DNA from: a virus
Length of the DNA stretch: 64,000 nt
Virus record (IMG/VR): IMGVR_UViG_3300033146_005439
Location: 47,383 to 111,382 of that record
Direction: 5' to 3' (one strand)
The position numbers were made by a program, and so were the translations under genes. The notes beneath the pieces are model-generated. The model had not been told where the DNA came from. It made no database searches and was given only the letters and a program-made list of their open reading frames with translations. Below, piece by piece: positions 33,201 through 45,200 of the stretch (positions within the stretch are counted from its first letter, which is position 1; every line of letters starts with the position of its first letter).

Positions 33201-36200
33201 TTTTACTGCCTCTTTTAAAGCCTTGGCTGGTGTTACATTTATACCTTTTGATAATAAACCACCAATAGCAGGAACCTCTTTAGCTAAAGCTTTTAATTCA
33301 TATTTCCATTTCTCTGAACCACCCGTAGCAGTCATATCTTTTATATATTTAGAAGCAATACTTACATCAGTTTTAGCCATTTCCCGTAATTTTGATTTTT
33401 CTAAAACAGAAAATAAATTTTCAAAATCTCCAGAAGCTTTTAATACAGCATTACCTAGTTCATCATAACCAGCTACTAAAGAGTTATTTACTTTAGCTAA
33501 ATCATTAGCCATCTTTGTAGCTTCCTGTTGTTTATCCACCATTTCAAGTAGAGGACTTCTATAAGTTCCTAAACGTTTAGATTCTTTTTGGGCTGCTGGA
33601 GACATACTTTTAATTATGTCTTGATAACCTTTTTTAAAAGTAGAATAACCATGAGCTACATTACGTAATGTTTTTAATTGATCTTCTTGTGAACGTTTTA
33701 AACCATACATAGATTTTTCAAAAGCTTCTGCAGATTGCATAGAAGCTATAAACTCTTTACTTAAAGATTTAAAAGCAGGAAGTAAAGTCATAATAGTTAA
33801 ACCTAAAGGTGCTATAGACTCAACTAAACCTGAATTCTTTCCTGCCCATTCTTTAAATAAATCGCCTCCGGCTCCTAATTTTTTGCTAAAAGCATCTACA
33901 AACATACCTGCAGCAGAAGCTCCTAAACCAACAAATTCACCGGCAACAGCCGTAGTTGCTCCAGCTAGTTTACCTAAACTCTTAAAACCGTATTTTTTAA
34001 ATAATTCTTTAACTCCTTTAGCAGAACCATAAGTTCCTGCAGCACGAAGACCTATATCTTTCCAGGTAGTATCTTCACCCTTATCTTTAACGCCAGCAGA
34101 ACTTGCCCCAGACAATGCAGTTGAAGTAAAACTTAAAAAATTACCAATTTTCTTTAAAGTTTTTCCTACAAAACCTGTGGCACTTGCAGTACCTTTTGCT
34201 GTGGCTGCAACATAAGAATTAAACTTCTTACCTAAATTAGCTATTAAATAAGTGGACTTGCCTAAAGCAGAATTAAAATCAGATAATTGTTTTCCTCCAG
34301 CAACACCACTTACTACTCCTGGAGTTACAGTTTTTAAACCTCTGACTGAAGTAGTGCCTGCTCCAGCTCCTAAAATTTCAAAAGCCGCTGTTTTTAATTC
34401 ATCTTTAATAGAACCAAATAAACCTCCAGCAACAGGTGTTCCTGTAGATAAAGTATCAGCTATTGAACTAATAATTTTATCGCCTTTAGATAAGAAAACT
34501 AAGAAACCTAACATTGCGGCGCCGGCAGCTTTTATAGAATCAGGGATACCTGCTAATGTTTCAGCTATAGTCTTTACTGCCTTTAAACCAAATTTAAATA
34601 CAGGAAAAGCTACTTTTCCCACAGAAGTTTGTAATTCTACCATAGCAGCTTTAGTTTGCTCTAACTGTTTAGCATAAGTTTTCATTAACTCTTGATTTTT
34701 ACGCTCAGCTGAACCTTTTGAATCTACACTATGCCTAATAGCCTCTAAAGCTTGTCCCCAATTATCCATTAAAACTAATAAAGCATTATATTGACGAGTA
34801 CCACCTATGGCTTGAGCGATATTCATCTTTTGTGCTTGAGTTAAATCTTTCCATTTACCGGCTAATTCATCTAAAATATTAAAACCACCTTTTAACTCAC
34901 CAGAACCTGTAATTGTAGAAATACCTAATTTACCTAACTCTTTAGGACCTTTCTCTGAAGTTAATCTACGCATAATAAAACGCATAGAAGTACCAACTTC
35001 TTTACCAGACTGTCTTGTAGTAGAACCTATAGCAGCAACAATACCATTTAATTGATCAAAAGTAAATCCAGCATTTTTTGCTGCAGAAGCCGCCTTCTTA
35101 ATAGCATCCGCCATATCACCAGCAGTAATAGCATGTTTAGATTCTACCTCTGACCAAGCATCTAAAAAATGCATAGAAGTTTTACCTTCTTTATTAAATA
35201 CTTTCATAGCTGCAGTTAAAGCTTCTGTAGCATCTTTAGCATTCAAAGTAGTAACATTAGCTGCTAAAGTAGCTGTTTGTGTTCTTTCTAGTATTTGAGG
35301 TTCAGGTAAACCTTGTTGTGCAAATACTTTCATACCTTGAAGAACATCTGTTACAGCTACTCCATATTGTTTAGCCATATTAATAGCTGATTTTTGTAAA
35401 TTATCAAAATCACTAGTTAAAGGATTCATAACCATTCTTAAACTAGCCATTTGTACTTCTATATCAGCTAATACGCCCACAGACTCTTTTAATTTATTAA
35501 AACCTCCATAAACTATGGTAGAAGCAGCTCCCCACATAACAGCTCTTTTAATAGCTCCTTGAATACCTCTATGAGAACCTGCTAAAGATTCATTCATATC
35601 AATTTGCTTCGTTGTAAATTTACCTATAGTATTACCAGTTGCATCTACAACTTCTTTATATTTTGTAAAAGCTGTCTGAACATTTTTTACAGCATTACCA
35701 GCTTGATCAAATACTTTTGCTTTATAAATGTAAGTCTCTCCTACTTTAGCACCACCTTTTGCTGCAGGAGTCTTCATGTAATCCCTTATTTTAGCTATAT
35801 TACGTTTATTTAAAGCTTCTTGTGTTTTTGGATCTAACCATTTAGGAACACTAACAACACCAGTTTCTCCCCAAGCTCCTGGACCTTTTTTAGTGGTTTG
35901 ACGACCTAAATCCATATAAGTAAGCTTATTTTCAGCATCCTTTAACATTTTAATAGTCTGTTCTAAATTCTTACGTTCTACAGACAAAGGAGAATCTGAA
36001 ACATTATACTGCTTAAATAATTCTAAAGCATCCCTTAAACGTGTTATCTTTTGAGCACCACCTTTAAAATCCCAAGCCTCTGCTATTTCAGGTCCTAAAC
36101 GTTCTAATAATTTACCATCTTCCATTAATTTTATAAGTTCATCATCCATAGAAGTTAAAGACTTGATAGCAAAACGAGCTTTTTCCATAGGAGAAGCCAT

Positions 36201-39200
36201 TGCATCACGTTTATCACCAGAAAGATCACCAACTATTTTTTTATAAGTTTCATATAAATCGGAATCACCTTCTATATCTACAGCAGCCTTGGACTCTATC
36301 TCTGAAGGAGACATGTAAACACCAGCGGCTTTAGCTATATCTGGTTGTGACCATACTTTATTTCTAGTGTATATATCACTACGTTTACCCACACCTTTTT
36401 TAACATGTGCTTGAACATCACCAACAGCCTTTGTAAAATCAGTATAAGCTAAACTTATTTGTCTAGAATCTTCAGTCTTCTTTACATTTTCTAAATACTG
36501 TTTTGCTTGCTCTGCTTTTTTAATTAAGTATTCTAATTGAGCGTCTTTAAAAAGTTTCCAAGCATTAGCTAATTTAGCACCATCTAATTCAGGGTTTTCT
36601 CTAGATTTATCTAATATTTGAACATCTTTTATATACTTAAAAAAATCAGAAGCCTTAACATTACCAGTTTTAGCCCCTTCTATCATATCTTGTGCTTGAC
36701 GAGGTAATTCTTTCGCAGCTTTTTCTAAATCAACTCCATGAGAAGCTTGCATAGTTTTAGCTGCAGCACGCAATAATTTTATATTCTTTAATTCTGCTAC
36801 AGGTCCCGAACCACTATAAGGTGTTAAATTTAAAGTTTGTGGTTTTTGATATTCAGGTTTTGTAAATTTATTAATTTGATCTTGAGAAATACCTGCAGAA
36901 CCAGTACCTTTAGACTTATAAAAAGCACCCTTATTTCTATAAGCTTCATAGTAAGAACGGCCACCTTTTAATAATTCTTGAATTTCACTTTTAGAAGGTC
37001 TGCCAGGAACTTGTGCACCCTTAGCTTTATAAAGAGATTCTTCCTTAGCTATTTTTGATAAAGTCTCTAAACTCCCTGTTTTAGCAAATGAAATAGGTTT
37101 ACCAGAAGCAATTTCTTTTTGTATAGCTTCTCTAGCAACCTTTATGGCTTTCATATCTTTTTTAAATAAATTCTCATCAAACTTAAATCTAACTACTACA
37201 GGCTTTTCATTTTTTGGATCTCCCATCCTATCATAAAAATGAACTTCTGCTTGCTGCACATCATCACCAGCTTCCTGTAAAGCCTTCATATAAAAATTAA
37301 GTTGTGAACGAACTTCTTCTATCTTATAACGAGCATAACTAGATGACTTTTTATTGCCTAATTTACCTAAAACAGCTCCTACATCTGCAGATCCAGCGCC
37401 TTCAACAGCTTTACCTAAAGTATCTTTTAATTTACCACTAACTGTTTTAATATCAACTGCTGTAGTCATCTTACCTTCAGCATTAGTTAATATAGCATCC
37501 ACATGCCCTGTAATAGCACCCACAGCATCATCAGCATAACTAACAAATTTTTCTATTATAGGTGTTCCTTGACCTTTAATTTTATTAGAAGCTTCTACCA
37601 TACGATCTTCAATCATCTCATGTAAAGCAGTACCAATCAAAGAGGTAGAATCTAATAAATCCTTATCAACATCTTTCATTGCTGTTCCCAGCATAGTTTC
37701 TTTAATACTAGCTACTTGTTTTTCAAAATCAGGGCCTTTATAATTCTCTTTAAAACTAAATTTGCCGCCGCCATGAAAAGCACTAGCTCTATACATAGTT
37801 TCAAAAGAAGCATCTTTTAATTCATTAGCACCACCAGAAGCTCTAGCAGCAATGTCTTTCAATTTATTTATATAAGTAGTTTGATCACTTCCTGCACTTA
37901 CAGTATTTGCAGCAGCTTTAACCATAGAAAAAGTATTAGCAAATTTAGTAAATACATCAGAATTAACACTAACTAAATGAACAGGAACTATACCAGAACC
38001 CATAGAGTACTTACCTACACTAGGTTCTGTGGGTGTAGGAGGTAAAACACCTCCAGATTTTGATTGAGCACCACTTAAACCCTTGGCTCTATTATATTTA
38101 GCCTCTGCAAGCTTAGCTCTAGTTTCCTGTATTTGATTCCTTCTTGGTAATTCTGTAGTACTAGTAGAAGTAATATCTTTTGCTTGCACTGATAAAGCTG
38201 TATTTAAACGCTTTATTCTTTCTGTCAAAAGAGCTTTAGTTTCTATAAAAGAATCATAAGCTTTATAAAAAGAAATTAATTCTTCCTCTGACATACCACT
38301 TTTAGGTGGGGCAGGCTTATTAGTTAATTTACCTATAACAGATTTACTCTGAAGAATTTGCGTTCTTTTATTAACACTTATAGGAGCTATTCTTAAAGCA
38401 GTTTCTAAAGAATCTAGTTCATCAATAAAAGCCCTCAAAGATTGTACAGATTTAGCACTGTCAAAAGTGATATTTTCTATAGCTAACCCCATAGCTTCTA
38501 ATTTTTTAGAATCTATAGAAGAATTAACTCTTTGTAAATCTTTAGAAAAACTACCAGTCATTAAAGAATAAGCACCTCCTCTAGTATCTTTAGTTGGGTG
38601 CTTAATATCGGAAGCAAATGTTTCCATTAAACCACTTTTTAAACGGCCTGAAGCTGCTCCTGTTCTATATTTATATAAAGGATCAAAAGGTTCTGTAACC
38701 ATCTTTGACATATTAATACCTTTACCCTTTTCATATAAAGAAGTTAAATACTTTTTAGCTCCGGCTTCACCTAAGGGTTCTCCTGTCTTCTCATCTTTAG
38801 TTTGAGATAAATAAGCTATAGCTTGTTTTTCTATCGATTTTTGTAAACTACGTAAAAAACCCTCAAAACCCATAGCTTTTACCATAGCATTAACTAATTC
38901 AGGTCTATTTAGCTGCTCAGCATTTTGAATATTCATATAAGGTTCTTGAGCAGCTTTTCTTAAATCTTCTGTTTTATACCTACCTAAATTTAATTTAAGT
39001 GCTTTATCATTCTCTTCCATAAAATCTTTTAAACCACCATAATTCCCCCCAGCTTTAATTTTACCAATTAAAACCTCTAAAGCTTTGGGACCTTTAGTTA
39101 AAAGAGAAGATAACTCCCCGGCTACAGGAGTTTCACCAGCATGTTTAACATCCATACCTTTTTGCACAGCAAATCTATATAACTCATTTAACTGTGTCTG

Positions 39201-42200
39201 TCTTTCTCTTAATAAATTAGTCCTATCTAATTTATTACCTGAACGAGCATTATTTATTTCCCCAGAACCAAAACCTATTTGAGCCTCATAGGAACGCATC
39301 AATTTTGTTAAACTCTCAACATCAGTACCTGTATGTAGTTTAAATAACTGAGCATTAACTGCATTATCGAATTTTAAATTAGATAAAGATTCCTTTAAAT
39401 AACCTTCTACTAAACCAGCCATAGGTTTATCTTGTTCTGTTAATTTATCTAGGGCTTCAGCTGCTTTTTGTGCAGCTTCATCTAAAGTTTCTACACCTTC
39501 TATAGATTTAAAAGAAGCTCCCGCTTTAGTAAACATTTCAGTCATCAAAGTATTTACAGCATCTGGACCAGTTAAATTATCAGTATCTACTTTCTTACTA
39601 GCTAAAATATTTATTTTTTCTTTATTAGACAAATAACTTAAATTTTCCGTATAAAAAGGTTTTTGTAGATAATCAAAACCATGTTCTTTTGGAAATTTTT
39701 TAGTATAAGCTTTTGCCATAAATGCTAAAGGTGCTGCACCTTGAGTAGGCTGCATAGCATCATAAGTAAAAACGTCTCTAAAACGAGCTGCAGTGCTATC
39801 AACTTCTTTCGTTAAAAGATCAAAATGACGTTTTATTTCTTGTCTAGCTTCTTTTATGGTAGCAGTATGTATTTCTATTTGATCACCATCATAATCCAAT
39901 TTTTGAGCTTGAGCAATGTATTTCGGTAAAGCATCTGATAAAGCTTTACTTAAAGCATCAATGTATTTTGTAAGCTCATCTGCTTTTTGATTAGTTTCTG
40001 GAGTACCTATAGTTCTAAGTTCTTCTCGTTTAGTAGAAGCCTGTTCCATACGAGCCTTAATACTCTTAAATAAAGCATCAAATTTATTTACATCCATTTC
40101 AGGAACGCCAGGTACTAATAAAGAATCTTCGTTTAAACCTTTAGTTGTTTTTAATAACTTAGCTTTGTAAGGTTGAACAGAAGAAGTTCCTGTAAAAGGA
40201 AATCTTACAGACTCTATATAAGGAGCCAACTCTTTATCAATATAATCCCTAACTTCTGGTTGGGCTGAACCTTCAGCTAAAGACTTCTCTAGTTTTTCAA
40301 CATAAGTTAATAAAGATGTTAAAGTACTTTTTACATCAGAAGATTTTGTAACTTGACCTTTAGTATCAAATTTTTTGGTATAAGAAACCGATAATTTATC
40401 AGCTAATTTCTTTGGAATACCCAATTCATTTTGCTTTAATACTGGAAGTCCTATCTTTTTATAAGAAGCTACTTTCTTTGCATGTTCAGCCCCTAAGCTC
40501 TTTACTAAAGAAACGTCTTTAGTAAAATCAGCTTGACCTAAATCCTTAATTACTCCAGCATATTGTTTATTAATATTATCTAACATAGAACCAAATTTCT
40601 TCATATCAGCTGTTTTATCTACCATAGCATTAGTAGCTTTAGCTAATACAGCAGGAATTTTCTTAGTAAAAAAAGTTTGTGCTACAGCCCCACTTTTTCC
40701 TACAAGTTCTTGTTCTAAAGATTTAAAATATTCTTGTTTAGCTTTTTCTAATTGGGCTAATTTCTTAGTAAGAATTTGGTTCTCATCTTTTTTAAATAAA
40801 GCTACTTCATTAAAATCCATACCCATAGAAGCCTTTATATCTTCTAAAACTTTAAATTGTGCATTAGTACCTTTTTTAGAAGATACTATAGAAGGACCTG
40901 AGGAACCCTTACCTGGTTGATAATCACCTAAAAGTAAAGTTTTTAATTCTGCGGCTGTTCTATCAAGAGGGCCTAATTTATTTTTAGCTGATATTTTATT
41001 ATTTACAAAAGCCTCTTTTAAAGCTGCGACATACTCTTTTTGAGATGCTGTACCTACTCCCTGTAACCCAGCAGCATTATATTTTTTAATACTTTCAGGT
41101 AAAAGACCTTTTTCCGAAGAAGCATTCTGCTCTGCTACTTTGAATAATTGTTCTATATAAGTTTTCTTAGAAGACTCATCAGTATTTTTTAATTTACTTT
41201 GAAGATTACCCCCAAAATATTTTAAAATAGTCTTTTTATCATTCTCATTTAATAAAGATAAGTCTTTATTTTGATAAGCACTTAAAGACCTAGCAGAAGT
41301 TAATACATTTTGAAGTGCACGACCAGTACCTGTTATACCATAACCACCGGCTACATTAGGATCTGCGAAAGGCTGTCTAGCTATAGAACTAGGAACATAA
41401 AAATCTTCTTTAACATTACGATTTGCTGTAGGTAATTTAGTTTTAAAAGCAGTAGGAAATTTATCTGTATCAAAAACGGACCCTAACATTGAATTAGCAG
41501 CACCTTTTTCAAAAGTGCCAAAAGAGCCTTCAAAAGGTTTAATATCTTTTAAACTTACCGTATTTAGTTCTTTTAAAAATTGTTCGCCATAATCTTTATT
41601 AGAACTTATTAGATAAGTTAAAATGTTTTCATAGGCTTCAGCTTGTTTTGCATCATAAGCAGCGTTTATCTGCTTTAACATGTTTGAATCCGGCCCAAAA
41701 ATTGATTGATAAGCAGCATAAGCAGGTAGATTTAATTTTAAACCTTTTGCTCCTGAGGCTATATCTCCTTTAGACCATTCTTGAAATTGTTTTGCATCCT
41801 CTATGATCTGAACAAATTTAGGACCCACTAAACTTTTATGTTTATTCCCTAACTCATCTATAACATCTACATAAAAACTAGAGTCACTTTCTAACTTAAC
41901 TAAAGCATCTATAAATTCTTTATTTTCTGCAGCTTTATCACCATACATCTTTTCTATAGCTTTACGTATAGCTGCTTCAGATTTACCAGTGCCTGCATAA
42001 CCTAATGTAGCAGCATAAGAGCTTAAAGTTCCTTTTTTAGATGTAGGACCTAACAACTTTTTATAATCAATTTTATCCTTTATTACAGTAGTACCAGTCT
42101 TACTAGTTGAAGCTAAATTACCTGTGATCATTTCTAAAGCTTCTGTTTGTAAACCACGTTTAGCTGCACCAAAAGAACTTATTCTTATATCTATAGGTTT

Positions 42201-45200
42201 AGCTTTAACCAAAGATTTGGAAGGAAATATCTTAGAATATTGTGTTTTTAATTGTTGTATACCTTCTATACCATCTTTTAATTCTATACCTAGTTGTTTA
42301 AAAACTTGTTGTGTTTGTTCAAAAACTTTTTTATTTACATTAGCTTCTCCACCTACAACTAAACCTTTTTCTGGATTTTTAAAAAGTTCCAACATAAATT
42401 TATTACCTGAAGTTTTTAAAGCTTTAACTAGATCTTCTACAGGTATAGAAGCTGTACCTTTTAACTGTGAAGCATTTTGTTTAATAATTTCAGAGGCTAA
42501 CTCACCCATACTTTTAGGTAGCATTGCTACACCAAGACCGGCCTTTTTCTGCTCGGCTGCCGTCATAACCTTTATAGAAGGTTCTTTATATTTCTTTAAA
42601 ATCTCTGCCATACTTCCAGACTTAGTAGGTGTTATAGAAACACCTTTAGACCCATAACGTGTAGTAAATTTTCTGCCAAAATGGTTCATAAAAACTTCTG
42701 CAAGTTTAGCTGTCTGAACTTCAGTACTTTCACCTCTAACAGTAGATAATTCCTTTTTAACTTCTTTAATTAGTGCCACATCAGCACGACCTTTATATTT
42801 CTCAGGCACTCCCATAATACTCATAATTTCACTACCAGCTTTACTAATATCACCTTCTTGAATAGCAGTAGCCTTACCTCCTGCGGAAGTAGGCCTAACC
42901 AACTTTTTAGTAACAGTAGTAACAGCTTTAGCTAAATCACCAGCAACAACTATTTGGTCCTCAAAAGTACTAGCAGTATGACTTAACTCTGCTAAAACAT
43001 TAAAGCCATAACCTTGAGTACCCATACGGCCACTCATAATAGCTTCATTTTCTCTATTAGAACGTAATGTAGGAAATTGAGATTTAATACCTGAAGCTTT
43101 AGCGTAAGCTGTAGGATCAAAAATTTTAGCAGAAGAAACATTAGATATATTACGACCTAATTGCTGAAATTGTTGGCCGAAAGGAGCCATAGCTTTTAAG
43201 TCATCTTTATATAAAGAAATCATTTTACCATGAAGAGTATTTAACTCATTTATACCTTTAAAATCAACTTCATCTGTAAAATTATAAGTATTATTTTTAG
43301 AAAAATCTACTATAGCACCAGCAGTTGATTCTGGTAAACCTAAACTAGATAACGCACGAGCATTACCCAAATTAATTTGCTTTTTCCTGGTTTTAACTTC
43401 TGGAACATCAAGCTTATCTAAATTTTGATATTCATACAATAATTCTCTATTTCTTTTATTAACATTACGAATAAATTCTTTTTGTTGTTCAGGGCCAAAC
43501 ATAGGTTCAAATTCAGTATCATCCTTAAACTGTTTCTGATAAGCTGAAGAAGTTTGATACATAGACTTAACTATATTAGATTGATGCATACCTCTTCGAG
43601 GTTTATCATATTCAACTATAGGTAGTAAACCTTCCATTTGAGATATAGCTTTTTCAAACTTTCTAAAACCTCTTTCTGAAGTATCAGCATGTTTAGTTAT
43701 AGCTTCAATTTTTTGAGGTAAAGTCTTATTTAAAATATCATAAAAATTAGAAAAAGAAATCTCATCTAAGGACTTCACTACTTTATAGGCACTCATTCCA
43801 GCAGTATCCATAGCATCTATAAAAGCATCCACAGACTTAGCACTGGCAGCAGTTCTATTAATTAAGGCTTCAAATTCTTTTTGAGCAGTCTTAGCTTTTA
43901 CTGGTGCTACCGTCCCTGAAGTAATTCTTTGTTTCTCTATAGCCATAGGAATAGTGGCTTGTTTGTAAATCTTTTTCACATCCTCTAAACCTATATCTTG
44001 TAAATTTCTAGCACGAGTATTACCAGGTAAAGCTAAAGCTTTAACTAAAGCTTTAGTTATAGCATCCATATTAGCAGGTACTTTTCCTGAATCTAAAGCT
44101 CGGGTTCCCTTAGCTAATTCCATAGCTTTATTAGAATTTAAACTACCTCTACTCTTTAATTCTGAAACATAAGTATCAAAAGCTTTTTCAAACCCTGATT
44201 TATAAGTAGAATATGAAGATAAAGCTCTTTGTCTACCTGAAGGTGTCTCTACTATAGGAGTACCTTTAGAAGTAATTTTAGCGGAAGGTAGAGAAACCGT
44301 TTTAAGCACACCCTGCTTAGATAACAACTGACGTATCTCACCTTCACCTAAAGTAGCTCCATAAAGTTCATCTAAGTGATCCTTAAAATTTTTCTGTAGT
44401 AAATCACTAATATTTTTAGTTGAAGCTGCAGGATCTTTACTGATTTTATTTACTATCTCTTTTAATTTACCATCGTAAGTTCTAGTATTTAAATTATTTT
44501 TTAACCATTCAGCTACATTATCAAAATGCTTTTCTACTTCTTTGGACACTACATCTTTCTGACCACCCTCTCCAAAGAGTTGCTTAGATAATTTTCTTTT
44601 ATAATCATTAAGTAATTTATCTATAGGTCCTTTTTTACCCGTATAAGATTCTAAAGCTTTAGAAGAAGCGATATCTACATTCCATTGTCTGCCTCTTAAT
44701 TTAAAAGCTTGTCCTGGTGTTTTACCTACAACATTCCATCTACCAGAATTATCAGAAGATTGTTTTAAACCTTTATTTAATTCATCAAAAATTCTTTTTT
44801 GAAGTACTTGTAAAGATTTAGCTAAATTTTTAGCATTAGCATAAACTTCTTTTTCATAAGGATTTTTTATAGAAGAAGCTGCTTTAGAAGTACTTTGTAT
44901 AAAAGATTCTCCTGGATAAATAGGCATTTCTTTAAAAGCTTTAGTAGGTACTGTGCGTCTAAAGCTACGTAAGCCAGCGGTAGAAGTGCTAGCTTGTTTT
45001 CTTATATTACTTTGTATAGTCCGTGCTTCTAATTCACGTGCTTTATTTAATTGACTAGTAGTTTTAACTTCTTCTTTTCTAACTTTAACTACTTCTTTAT
45101 TAATAGTAGTAATATCTTTATAAGATTGATCAACATCATCAATAGCTTTAGATAATAAAGCACCTTGTTTAGTAGATAGTTGTTCTAATGTTTTATTTAA

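Noticed and set aside
37140-37800. Cas4-like domain as part of a CRISPR-Cas system
   Set aside because: No repeat-spacer array or other cas genes seen in the window; the domain is embedded in the TMP
41979-42002. Walker A-like GYAGTGKS in the giant protein (also GGAGVGKA near aa 450)
   Set aside because: No preceding hydrophobic beta-strand and no Walker B or helicase motifs; it lies inside the RNAP beta-like region; likely chance in a G/K-rich 7,470-aa protein
25507-42657. Plus-strand ORFs antisense to the giant gene (118, 80, 190, 81, 141, 69, 61, 65 and 177 aa), plus other short plus-strand or nested ORFs
   Set aside because: Shadow ORFs of strongly biased minus-strand coding; no recognisable motifs
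38800-44310. Cellular rpoBC fusion or host contamination
   Set aside because: The motifs are far too diverged for a cellular RNAP, lie in-frame with a tape-measure domain, and are surrounded by phage tail genes with no ribosomal-protein context
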